Part shown: positions 15,379 to 23,272 of the stretch, piece after piece | Position numbering within the stretch: the first letter of the stretch is position 1 | Layout: every line of letters begins with the position of its first letter | IMG/VR virus record: IMGVR_UViG_3300024989_000002 | DNA length: 40,339 bases | Direction: 5' to 3' (one strand) | Origin: a virus | Made by a program: the position numbers and the translations under genes | The notes under the pieces: model-generated | Told to the model about the DNA's origin: nothing | The model's database searches: none | Seen by the model: only the letters and a program-made list of their open reading frames with translations

Positions 15379-15563
15379 CCGCGATAGTGATCCACGACAT
15401 CGAGACGCACGAGACTATCCACCGCATCGACACGACAAACCTCGACCGGCGCGCCCGAGAGAAGGCGTTCATGGGCGTCGCGATGCAGACCGACTTCGAC
15501 CGGTACTACATCGCCGAGGAAGGCGAGGGCGGCACGACCGATCGGGGGTCTGACGATGCCTGA
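15375..15563 (+). CDS. Small acidic hypothetical protein, 62 aa
   Basis: ATGA overlap upstream, preceded by the GAAAGG junction module. Confidence 0.55.
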   Translation: MTAIVIHDIETHETIHRIDTTNLDRRAREKAFMGVAMQTDFDRYYIAEEGEGGTTDRGSDDA

Positions 15564-15819
15564 GCCGATCAATCTGCGGGTGCCGAAGTCGATGCATCCC
15601 GACGATGTCGTGTGGGCGTTCCGCTACGGCGTGGCGTGGGCACGGTACTCGGTACTGGGTGACGCGTCAGCGATCCGCCGTCACGGCCTCGCCTACACGA
15701 ACCACTACCGCAACGTCCACGCACTCGCTGACAGGGTGCGCGTCGCCGCGATCCGTCGCCTCCGCGATCGCGTGGCTCAGCAACCGACCGATCCGTCACC
15801 CACAGAGGAGACCCGATGA
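15556..15819 (+). CDS. Hypothetical protein, 87 aa
   Basis: Normal composition. The C-terminus ...TDPSPTEETR is encoded by junction repeat C. Confidence 0.55.
   Translation: MPEPINLRVPKSMHPDDVVWAFRYGVAWARYSVLGDASAIRRHGLAYTNHYRNVHALADRVRVAAIRRLRDRVAQQPTDPSPTEETR
15785..15801 (+). repeat. Junction repeat C (17 bp, identical to 14644-14660)
   Basis: cgaccgatccgtcaccc, read in the same frame (TDPSP) as in repeat B. Confidence 0.9.
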
Positions 15820-15866
15820 GTTCCCAGCCGAAGGAGTGGGTGACGGTCGCCGAGGCCGCGGGCTAG
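15816..15866 (+). pseudogene. 16-codon remnant of an excisionase-type HTH gene
   Basis: AGAGGAG then ATG (ATGA-coupled). The product MSSQPKEWVTVAEAAG ends at a stop, and WVTVAEAAG parallels YVPIGQAAG at the start of the HTH in 16123-16350. Its TAG shares the palindrome CTAG with the stop of the convergent minus-strand gene. Confidence 0.45.
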
Positions 15867-16087
15867 TCCGACGACTTCAGGGAGATCTGGATGCCGCGCG
15901 GCGAGAGTCCCGTGATCTCGCCGGCGCGCACCCAGGTCACCCCGGATCCGAGCGCCTGACGCAGGACGTGGTTGCGGTACTGGCGCTGCTGTTTCGTGCG
16001 CTGCTCTAGCTCCTCGAGCTTGGCCTGCGCGGCTGCCAGATCGTCTTCCACGGCCACACGGAGAACTCTACCTGGGTAGAGCAACAC
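15863..16087 (-). CDS. Reverse-oriented small protein, 74 aa or shorter: coiled-coil N-terminus plus a possible C-terminal HTH
   Basis: This is the only minus-strand gene inside the 37-kb plus-strand block. Sequence AAAQAKLEELEQRTKQQRQYRNHVLRQALGSGVTWVRAGEITGLSPRGIQISLK. GTG starts are possible at 16087, 16057 and 16051. Confidence 0.55.
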   Translation of the reverse strand: MLLYPGRVLRVAVEDDLAAAQAKLEELEQRTKQQRQYRNHVLRQALGSGVTWVRAGEITGLSPRGIQISLKSSD

Positions 16088-16088
16088 C

Positions 16089-16108
16089 CGCTATACTTTG
16101 GTATAGCG
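16089..16108. promoter_or_regulatory. Perfect palindrome CGCTATAC-TTTG-GTATAGCG between the divergent genes
   Basis: 8-bp arms, AT-rich, containing TATACT (16092-16097). It lies 15 nt upstream of the ATG at 16123, with GGAGGGG in between. Confidence 0.5.
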
Positions 16109-16122
16109 ATGGAGGGGAACAG

Positions 16123-16350
16123 ATGGTCGAGTACTACGAGGTCGCACCCCCCGGCTACGTCCCGATCGGGCAGGCAGCCGGCACCGTGAACCGCAGCACC
16201 CGCACCATCTACGAGTGGGTCCGCTCCGAAGGCGTCCGCACGTTCAAACGCTCCAACGAACCAGCCCTCGTGAACCTCGACGACGTCCTCCGCGTCGAGA
16301 GCGTCCGCCAGAACGGCCGACGCCGGAAACCACGACCCCCACACGCGTGA
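16123..16350 (+). CDS. Excisionase-type HTH DNA-binding protein, 75 aa
   Basis: YVPIGQAAGTVNRSTRTIYEWVRSEGVRTFK is an HTH_17-like pattern, followed by a basic tail. Confidence 0.7.
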   Translation: MVEYYEVAPPGYVPIGQAAGTVNRSTRTIYEWVRSEGVRTFKRSNEPALVNLDDVLRVESVRQNGRRRKPRPPHA

Positions 16351-16482
16351 CACGCCGCCCGCCTACTTGACACTAAGCCGCACTGGCTGCAATCTGACCG
16401 AGATGGTGGCGAACTACGCCCACCGAACACACTCAGCCCCGGCCCTGACCACAGGTAAACCGGGGCTTCGTCGTACCATCCC

Positions 16483-16555
16483 GCGTTCGTAGCTCAACAG
16501 GCAGAGCACCGACCTCCCACGTCGGGGGTTGCGAGTTCGAACCTCGCCGAACGCT
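16483..16555 (+). tRNA. tRNA-Gly (anticodon CCC), 73 nt, no encoded CCA
   Basis: Folded by hand. Acceptor stem GCGTTCG/CGAACGC (7 of 7 pairs). D arm GCTC-AACAGGCA-GAGC. Anticodon arm CCGAC-CTCCCAC-GTCGG with U33 and A37. Variable loop GGGTT. T arm GCGAG-TTCGAAC-CTCGC. Discriminator U. Confidence 0.9.
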
Positions 16556-16633
16556 CACACCACGTCACCCGCTGACCGCGCATCACGCGCCAACCCTGAA
16601 CGTGGCCTGGCGCCACCGAAGAGGTGAACCACC

Positions 16634-17170
16634 ATGGCCACACGCGCCCGTCGTGCACATCGACCAGTCGAAGCCCTTACGCGCGAGAAGATCCAGGAGG
16701 CGGCTCGGGACGGCTCGCGTAGCCGTAACTCCATCGCCCGCGAGTTCAGCGTCTCAGGTGAGACGGTGACGCGGATCTGCGCGGAGGCGGGCATCACCTT
16801 CGACCGGTCGAAGACCGAAGCCGCGGTGCGGGCTCACGCGCTGGACATCGCTGCTGAGCAGCAGACGCTCCTGCGGATGATGGTCGCTGAGGTGCAGGAA
16901 GAGCTCGACCTGCTGAACGCCCCGTACCTCGTGTGGTCGTTCGGGGGCATGGATGGCGAGATCCATTCGCACCTCCTCGACGCTGCCCCAATGGACGTCC
17001 GCAACATGGCGATCCGTTCCGCGGCGACCGTCGTGGACAAGGTGGCGCGTCACCTCGGGACGACTCCGGAGGGTGCGGCCGCAGCGGAGTCGGTGCTGGA
17101 CCGTATCGAGGCGGAGTTCGACGGCGAGTTCGCCGAGGCGGACGACACCGAGTTCGGCGGCGTGGGGTGA
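16634..17170 (+). CDS. Terminase small subunit (N-terminal HTH), 178 aa
   Basis: Lies directly upstream of and is coupled (GTGA) to the large terminase gene. It has the HTH SRNSIAREFSVSGETVTRICAEAGI and an acidic C-terminus. Confidence 0.75.
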   Translation: MATRARRAHRPVEALTREKIQEAARDGSRSRNSIAREFSVSGETVTRICAEAGITFDRSKTEAAVRAHALDIAAEQQTLLRMMVAEVQEELDLLNAPYLVWSFGGMDGEIHSHLLDAAPMDVRNMAIRSAATVVDKVARHLGTTPEGAAAAESVLDRIEAEFDGEFAEADDTEFGGVG

Positions 17171-18459
17171 CTCGACCGCCGGCGCTGTCACGGAAGCAGC
17201 GGTGGAGCATCGCCCGCGCGTCGCGGCGGAAGATCGCGCTGTGGGTCGGTGCGGTGTCGGCGGGCAAGACCATGGTGTCTCTGCTCGCTCTGTTCATCGC
17301 GATCCGGCACACCAAGGGTCGCGGCCTGATCGTCATCGTCGGGAAGACGTTGCAGACGATCGAACGCAACGTCATCGGCGAGATGCAGAAGCCGGAACTG
17401 TTCGGGCGTCTCGCGAAGCAGGTGAAGCACACGACCGGGTCGAACACGGCGATCATCCTCGGCCGGGTCGTGCATCTCGTCGGCGCGAACGACGCGCGCT
17501 CTGAGGAGAAGATCCGCGGGTCGACGATCGAGCTCGCGTACGTCGATGAGGCGACGCTGGTTCCCGAGGCGTTCTGGGCGATGCTGCTGACCCGTCTGCG
17601 TGTCGCCGGCGCCCGCCTCCTCGCGACTACCAACCCTGGATCCAGTCAGCATTGGCTGCGCGTGAAGTACATCCTCGACGCGGACGCGCAGAACATGATC
17701 GTGTTCCACTTCACGATGCACGACAACCCGCTCTACTTCGAGGGCGGCGACCCGGGCCCGTCGTACATCGCCGACATGGAAGCGTCGTTCCGGAAGTCGA
17801 AGCTGTTCTTCGACCGGTTCATCCGCGGCCTGTGGACGAACGCTGAGGGCGCGATCTACGACGGTTGGGACCCGGCGGAGCACGTGATCCCGTGGGAGCA
17901 ACTCCCGCCCATGTACAGGCTCCTCGGCGTCGGCATGGACTTCGGCACCCAGCACGCCACGTCGGTGATCCTTCTCGGCCTCGGCTACGACCGGAAGCTG
18001 TACGCGATCGACGAGCTCCGCATCGAGTCGGACGCGCAGACGCACCGCCAAGCCCCATCAGTACAGGCGAAAGCGATCGCCGACTGGTTGAAGATCAACC
18101 ATCTCCCCGAGGGGTTCCTGCGACCCGAGGGGCTGTTCGCCGACCCGGCCGCGCTCGCGTACCGGCAGGAACTCCGCGAGTCGCAAGGAGTGGACACCGC
18201 CCCGGCCGACAACTCCGTCGCGTACGGCATCGGCCTCGTCGCGTCTCTCCTTGCCCGCGGCCTGCTGAAGGTCACCGACCGGTGCTGGGGCGTCATCAAG
18301 GAAGCCCCCGAGTACCGGTACGACCCGAAAGCGCAGGAACGCGGCGTCGACGAGCCCATCAAGGACCGCGATGACTCCCTCGACGCTCTCCGCTACGTGA
18401 TCGCCTCCACCGAGTACGAGTGGCGCGACGAAGTCGGCCCGAGACCACACACGTTCTGA
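17167..18459 (+). CDS. Terminase large subunit, 430 aa
   Basis: Walker A GAVSAGKT, Walker B LAYVDEAT, and nuclease-half motifs (GMDFG..., DDSLDALRY). Confidence 0.93.
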   Translation: MTRPPALSRKQRWSIARASRRKIALWVGAVSAGKTMVSLLALFIAIRHTKGRGLIVIVGKTLQTIERNVIGEMQKPELFGRLAKQVKHTTGSNTAIILGRVVHLVGANDARSEEKIRGSTIELAYVDEATLVPEAFWAMLLTRLRVAGARLLATTNPGSSQHWLRVKYILDADAQNMIVFHFTMHDNPLYFEGGDPGPSYIADMEASFRKSKLFFDRFIRGLWTNAEGAIYDGWDPAEHVIPWEQLPPMYRLLGVGMDFGTQHATSVILLGLGYDRKLYAIDELRIESDAQTHRQAPSVQAKAIADWLKINHLPEGFLRPEGLFADPAALAYRQELRESQGVDTAPADNSVAYGIGLVASLLARGLLKVTDRCWGVIKEAPEYRYDPKAQERGVDEPIKDRDDSLDALRYVIASTEYEWRDEVGPRPHTF

Positions 18460-18478
18460 CCTGGGAAGGGGGAACCTG

Positions 18479-20080
18479 ATGCCGCTCCCCGCTTCGTCCC
18501 TGACCGCACAGTGGCCGCCGAAGGTCCTCGACAACCTGCTGCCCGCGATGGCCCGGTGGGGTGCGTGGTGGGCGAACGACCTGAACCGGCTGCAGTACGT
18601 GTACGGCGGCGGGATCATGCCGGACCGGACGGGGTTCTTCGCTTCCGACACGGGCGGCATCAAGGTCCACTCGCTCGGCCCGATCCGCTGGTTCGTCGCG
18701 CAGCCCGCGATCGGTACCCGCCTGAACACGAAGCTCCCGGTCCCGATCGCTGCGGAGATCTGCCAGGCGTCCGCGGATCTGCTGTTCTCCGACCCGGTGA
18801 CGGTGACCGCGAATGACGAGGCCACGCAGGCGCGCGTCGGGGAACTGCTGGACGACGGGTTCCACTCGTCGGTCGCGGAAGCCGCGGAGATGTCGGCCGC
18901 GCTCGGCGGCGTGTACCTCCGCGTCACGTGGGACGACACCGTGAAGCCCGACGGCCCGTTCACGACCGTGAAGGACGCTGACGAAGCGATCCCCGAGTTC
19001 CGGTTCGGTGTGCTCACCGCGGTCACCTTCTGGGCTGTGGTCGCTCGCGACGGGAAGAACGTGTGGCGTCACCTGGAACGCCACGAGCTGACCGCGCTCG
19101 GGCGGGGTGTGATCCTCCACGGCCTGTACGTCGGGGACGACACGACTCTCGGCATGCGCGTCGGCCTCACCAGCCGCCCCGAGACAGCGCCTCTCGCGAT
19201 CCACGCTGACCTTTCCGCCGAGGGCACGATCGACACCCTGTCGCCGGGCCTCGCGGTCACGTACATCCCGAACCAGACCCCGAACCGGTCGTGGCGTCAC
19301 GACCCGCTCGGGCAGAACCTGGGACGCTCCGACCTCGACGGCATCGAGCACCTGATGGATCAACTGTCGGAGACGATGTCGGACTGGATGCGGGCACGCC
19401 GCGCCGCGCGCGCCCGCGTGCTGGTGTCGAAGGAGCTCGCGAAGTCCGCCGGCCCCGGTCAGGCGTCCGTGGTCGACATGGATCAGGAGACGTACGTCTC
19501 GACCGACATGAGCGGCCAGTCCGGCACGGCACCCCTGTCGATGGCGGACCGGATGAACGTGATGCAGCCCGCGTTCGACCCCGCCGGGTACAAGGCCACC
19601 GCCGACGAGCTGGTCGAGCAGATCCTGCAGATGGCGGGCTACTCGATGTCGACGTTCGGTGTGCAGGGTGAGCAGCGCGGCGACCGCACGGCGACGGAGA
19701 TCGAAGCCCGCGAACGCCGCTCCCTGATGACCCGTGCACGGAAGATTCGGATCTGGCGTCCCGCACTCGAGGCGTACATCGAGAAGCTGCTCGCCGTGGA
19801 CCGTGACTTCTTCGGCCACCCGAGCAGCGGTGAAGTGCACGTCGAGTTCTCCGATGGTGTGCAGGAGTCGCAGTTGCATCTCGCGCAGACCGTGCAGGCC
19901 CTGTACGCGTCGGAGTCCGCGTCGGTCGAGGAGCGGGTGAGCATCCTGCACCCCGACTGGGACGAGACGCAGATCAACGACGAGGTCTCGAAGATCAAGA
20001 CGGAGTTCGCGCAGACGCTGCCCGACCCGATGATGAACCCGTTCGACCAGGCGGCGTCGGGTGACCCCGCAGCCGGCTGA
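18479..20080 (+). CDS. Portal protein, 533 aa
   Basis: Size, position after terL, and an SPP1-gp6-like composition. Confidence 0.88.
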   Translation: MPLPASSLTAQWPPKVLDNLLPAMARWGAWWANDLNRLQYVYGGGIMPDRTGFFASDTGGIKVHSLGPIRWFVAQPAIGTRLNTKLPVPIAAEICQASADLLFSDPVTVTANDEATQARVGELLDDGFHSSVAEAAEMSAALGGVYLRVTWDDTVKPDGPFTTVKDADEAIPEFRFGVLTAVTFWAVVARDGKNVWRHLERHELTALGRGVILHGLYVGDDTTLGMRVGLTSRPETAPLAIHADLSAEGTIDTLSPGLAVTYIPNQTPNRSWRHDPLGQNLGRSDLDGIEHLMDQLSETMSDWMRARRAARARVLVSKELAKSAGPGQASVVDMDQETYVSTDMSGQSGTAPLSMADRMNVMQPAFDPAGYKATADELVEQILQMAGYSMSTFGVQGEQRGDRTATEIEARERRSLMTRARKIRIWRPALEAYIEKLLAVDRDFFGHPSSGEVHVEFSDGVQESQLHLAQTVQALYASESASVEERVSILHPDWDETQINDEVSKIKTEFAQTLPDPMMNPFDQAASGDPAAG

Positions 20081-21224
20081 GCCGTCGTCGGAACAGATCG
20101 CGGCAGCACTGATCGGCCTGTACGTCCTTGCCGAGCATGAGCTGCTCGCGGGAGTGTCGGCGGTGCTGCGGATGCCGTGGTCGGTGTCGCGGGACGCGTT
20201 GATCCTGACCCGCGCGCGTCTCCTCGTTCGCCAGGTGCTGACGTACCTCACGGCACGGTCCACCCCGATGCTGCAGGCGATGATCACTGCCGCGGTGGCT
20301 GAGGGCCGCCGGGACGCGGAACTCGTCCTCACCCGGGCGCACCAGGCCGGTGGCGGTGGTGGTGGGCGTGTCCCCCCGGGCCGGGATGTGACGTTCCCCG
20401 GCGGTGACCCGTTCGACCTGTCGATGCCTCACGGTGAACGCGCAGCGGCCGCGATCCGCAACGACATCGTGTCGTCCCTCGATGACGTCCGGTTCCGGAT
20501 CACCCGCCTCCCCGACGACATCTACAAGATGATCGCCCCGAACGGCGCGGTCCGGCAGGTCCTCGACAACAACGTCACCCCCGCGCAAGCGCAGGCGATG
20601 GCGTGGCGGGTGTTCGTGTCGCAGGGCATCACCGGGTTCACCGACAAGTCCGGCCGGAACTGGTCCCTGTCGGCGTACACGGAGATGGCTGTCCGCACCG
20701 CCGCGACCCGCGCGTACAACGCGTCACACCTCGCCCGCATGCAGGCCCTCGGCGTCGACTACTTCTCGGTGCCCGACACGGGGCATCCGTGCCCGTTGTG
20801 CTTCCCGTGGCAGGGGCGTGTGCTCACCGCGACCCCGGTCGCGTATCCGACGATCCCGGTCGACGCGACGATCGCGGAAGCGACCGCGGCGGGCCTGTTC
20901 CACCCGAACTGCAAGCACACGCTCATCCCCGTGTTCCCCGGGGTGACGGTGCTGCCCGAGGCCCACGTGTGGACCCCGGAGATGCAGGACGCGTACGACC
21001 TGTCGCAGAAGCAGCGTCGCCTCGAGCTGGACGTGCGGAAGGCGAAGCGGCAGCTCGAGTTCGCGGTGTCTCCGGAGACCCGCGCGGACGCGCGCGTGAA
21101 GGTGCGTGCGGGTCAGGCGAAGCTGCGCGACTTCGTCGCGACGTCCGGGTTCGCCCGCGACTACCGGCGTGAGCAGGTCGACCTGACCGACGCCCGCATC
21201 AAGCTCCCGACTCCCATCCGGTGA
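20061..21224 (+). CDS. MuF/SPP1-gp7-like head morphogenesis (minor capsid) protein, 387 aa
   Basis: Follows the portal gene. Contains GHPCPLCFPWQGRV and HPNCKHTLIP motifs. Confidence 0.8.
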   Translation: MTPQPAEPSSEQIAAALIGLYVLAEHELLAGVSAVLRMPWSVSRDALILTRARLLVRQVLTYLTARSTPMLQAMITAAVAEGRRDAELVLTRAHQAGGGGGGRVPPGRDVTFPGGDPFDLSMPHGERAAAAIRNDIVSSLDDVRFRITRLPDDIYKMIAPNGAVRQVLDNNVTPAQAQAMAWRVFVSQGITGFTDKSGRNWSLSAYTEMAVRTAATRAYNASHLARMQALGVDYFSVPDTGHPCPLCFPWQGRVLTATPVAYPTIPVDATIAEATAAGLFHPNCKHTLIPVFPGVTVLPEAHVWTPEMQDAYDLSQKQRRLELDVRKAKRQLEFAVSPETRADARVKVRAGQAKLRDFVATSGFARDYRREQVDLTDARIKLPTPIR

Positions 21225-21255
21225 GTCGGGTCATCCCCAAGCAAGGAGAACGATC

Positions 21256-21531
21256 ATGGCACTCACCGATTCTGACCTCGTCGACCACGACGACGACGCT
21301 GACCTCAAGGCCGCGTCCCAGCGAACCGACGATCGACTCAGGATCGCGTCCGACTCGCCCCCTGCACCCGATCACGCAAGGCGTCTGGCAACTCAGCAGG
21401 CCATCCGCGGCTACCTCTGGGACGCCGCGTTCGAGATCGAGGCGAATGTGCAGCCCTGCCGTGAAGCATCTCTGGCCCTCACGCACCTCGAAGAGGCGCT
21501 GATGTGGGCGGGCAAGGCCATCTTCCGCTGA
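21256..21531 (+). CDS. Small acidic hypothetical protein, 91 aa
   Basis: AAGGAG lies 7 nt upstream. The C-terminal helix is SLALTHLEEALMWAGKAIF. Confidence 0.6.
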   Translation: MALTDSDLVDHDDDADLKAASQRTDDRLRIASDSPPAPDHARRLATQQAIRGYLWDAAFEIEANVQPCREASLALTHLEEALMWAGKAIFR

Positions 21532-21680
21532 TGCCCACCCGCCAACGGAAGGCCCGGAAGCGCGCCGGCATCGCGTTCACGAAGACGCCGAAGACAGCCC
21601 CCAGCGTCCCGACACCCCCAAGCCTCGGTCTCACGTCGATGGCCGAGATCCTCGCCGGCCTCGTCATCCGCGGCCGGTAA
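21531..21680 (+). CDS. Small basic protein, 49 aa (below the track cutoff)
   Basis: TGATG overlap upstream. Product MPTRQRKARKRAGIAFTKTPKTAPSVPTPPSLGLTSMAEILAGLVIRGR. Confidence 0.4.
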   Translation: MPTRQRKARKRAGIAFTKTPKTAPSVPTPPSLGLTSMAEILAGLVIRGR

Positions 21681-21721
21681 CCATCCCCACCACGAGCCTG
21701 GCGCTCGGAAGGAGCACGACC

Positions 21722-22387
21722 ATGTTCATCAAGAAGCCGTTCCCGCTGCTGCGGTTCGTGGGCGACGCCGTCGAAGGCACGTCGACCCCGCCCGCTCCGG
21801 CTGCGCCGGCCGCGCCCGCCGAACCGGCCGCACCGCCCGCGCCCAGCGAGAAGGTCGAGGACCTCCCCGACTGGGCACAGAAGGTCATCCGCGACACCCG
21901 GAAGGAAGCGGGCGACTACCGCACCGCTGCGAAGACCGCCGCGGAGGAGGCGCAGAAGGCCCTGACGGACAAGCTCGCCGTCGCCCTCGGCCTCAAGCCG
22001 GACGCCGCGACCGACCCCGCCGCGCTCACCGCGTCGCTGACGAAGGCGCAGCAGGACGCCGTCACCTCCGCCCGCGAGCTCGCCGTGTTCAAGCAGGCCG
22101 CTGCGGCCGGCGCGGACCCGTCGAAGCTCCTCGACCGGGCTTCGTTCCTCACTTCCATCGGCGGTATCGACCCGACCGATGGTGCGGCGATCAAGGCGGC
22201 CATCGACGCCGCCGTGACCGCAGATCAGACCCTCAAGGCGACCCGGGCGGTCGGCGCGAGCACTGTCGAAACTCCCGGCGGGACCGGCGAGCAGGGACAG
22301 ATCACCGAAGCGCAGCTTGCGCAGATGACCCCCGAGCAGATCGCGGAGGCCCACGAGAAGGGCCTCCTCAAGGATCTGCTCACCTAA
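21722..22387 (+). CDS. Capsid scaffolding protein, 221 aa
   Basis: Ala/Glu/Lys-rich helical protein immediately upstream of the major capsid gene; GGAAGGAG RBS. Confidence 0.75.
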   Translation: MFIKKPFPLLRFVGDAVEGTSTPPAPAAPAAPAEPAAPPAPSEKVEDLPDWAQKVIRDTRKEAGDYRTAAKTAAEEAQKALTDKLAVALGLKPDAATDPAALTASLTKAQQDAVTSARELAVFKQAAAAGADPSKLLDRASFLTSIGGIDPTDGAAIKAAIDAAVTADQTLKATRAVGASTVETPGGTGEQGQITEAQLAQMTPEQIAEAHEKGLLKDLLT

Positions 22388-22406
22388 CCCCTGAAAGGAG
22401 AGCCTC

Positions 22407-23255
22407 GTGGCTTTCAACAAGTTCAAGCCGGAGATCTGGAGCGCCCTGCTCCTGATCGCCCTCCGGAAGTCGCTGGTGTACAGCGCCTTCACCAACCGCG
22501 ACTACGAGGGTGAGATCGCGGAGGCGGGCGACACCGTCCGCATCACCTCCGTCGGCCGCCCGACTGTCTCGAACTACGTCCCGGGAACGACCGTGATCGC
22601 GCCCGAGACCGTGGCGGACAGCCAGCGCACCCTCGTCGTCGACCAGGCGAAGTACTTTGCCTTCCAGGTCGACGACGTCGACAAGCGCCAGGCGAAGGGC
22701 GGCATCCTCGAGCAGCTCACCAACGAAGCCGCGTACGCGTTCGCCGACACGGTCGACCAGTACATCGCGTCGTTCTACACGTCGATCCAGCAGGCGAACC
22801 AGCTCGGTTCGATCTCGGTGTCGGCCGCGACCCCCGGGCAGGCGTACGACAACGTGCTGGTGCCGCTGAAGGTCAAGCTCGACAAGGCGAGCGTCGCGAC
22901 CCAGGGTCGCTCCGTCGCCGTCACGCCCGACTTCCACGGTGTCCTCCTCCGCGACCCCCGCTTCATCAAGGTCAACGAGGCTGGCACCGACCAGGGCCTC
23001 CGAAACGGTCTCGTCGGCCGCGCCGCCGGGTTCGACATCCTGCTCACGAACAACGCCCCGAACACCACGGGCAGCGAGTTCGCGACGATCGCCGGCAACG
23101 ACCGCGCGATCACCTTCGCGGATCAGATCAACAAGGTCGAGCCGTACCGGCCGCAGTCCTCGTTCTCCGACGCCGTGAAGGGCCTGCTCCTCTTCGGCGC
23201 GAAGAACGTCCGTCCCGACTCGCTGGCGAGCGCGCTCGTCACGGTCACGGCCTGA
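22407..23255 (+). CDS. Major capsid protein, 282 aa
   Basis: Position after the scaffold gene, strong RBS (GAAAGGAG) before a GTG start, and a composition typical of capsid proteins. Confidence 0.8.
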   Translation: MAFNKFKPEIWSALLLIALRKSLVYSAFTNRDYEGEIAEAGDTVRITSVGRPTVSNYVPGTTVIAPETVADSQRTLVVDQAKYFAFQVDDVDKRQAKGGILEQLTNEAAYAFADTVDQYIASFYTSIQQANQLGSISVSAATPGQAYDNVLVPLKVKLDKASVATQGRSVAVTPDFHGVLLRDPRFIKVNEAGTDQGLRNGLVGRAAGFDILLTNNAPNTTGSEFATIAGNDRAITFADQINKVEPYRPQSSFSDAVKGLLLFGAKNVRPDSLASALVTVTA

Positions 23256-23272
23256 GAAAGGAGCGCTGACAC

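Noticed and set aside
16367-16466. Late-promoter candidate (TTGACA 16367-16372, 17-nt spacer, CAATCT 16390-16395) and a 7-bp hairpin GCCCCGG/CCGGGGC (16436-16442 / 16460-16466) upstream of the tRNA
   Set aside because: The -10 element is weak, and the hairpin has a 17-nt loop and no U-tract. Both are plausible but too poorly supported to call without transcript mapping.
16556-16633. Search for a cos or pac site between the tRNA and terS (short inverted repeats CCACGT...ACGTGG and GCGCCA...TGGCGC)
   Set aside because: The repeats are short and of the kind expected by chance in GC-rich DNA. The packaging strategy cannot be inferred from sequence alone here.
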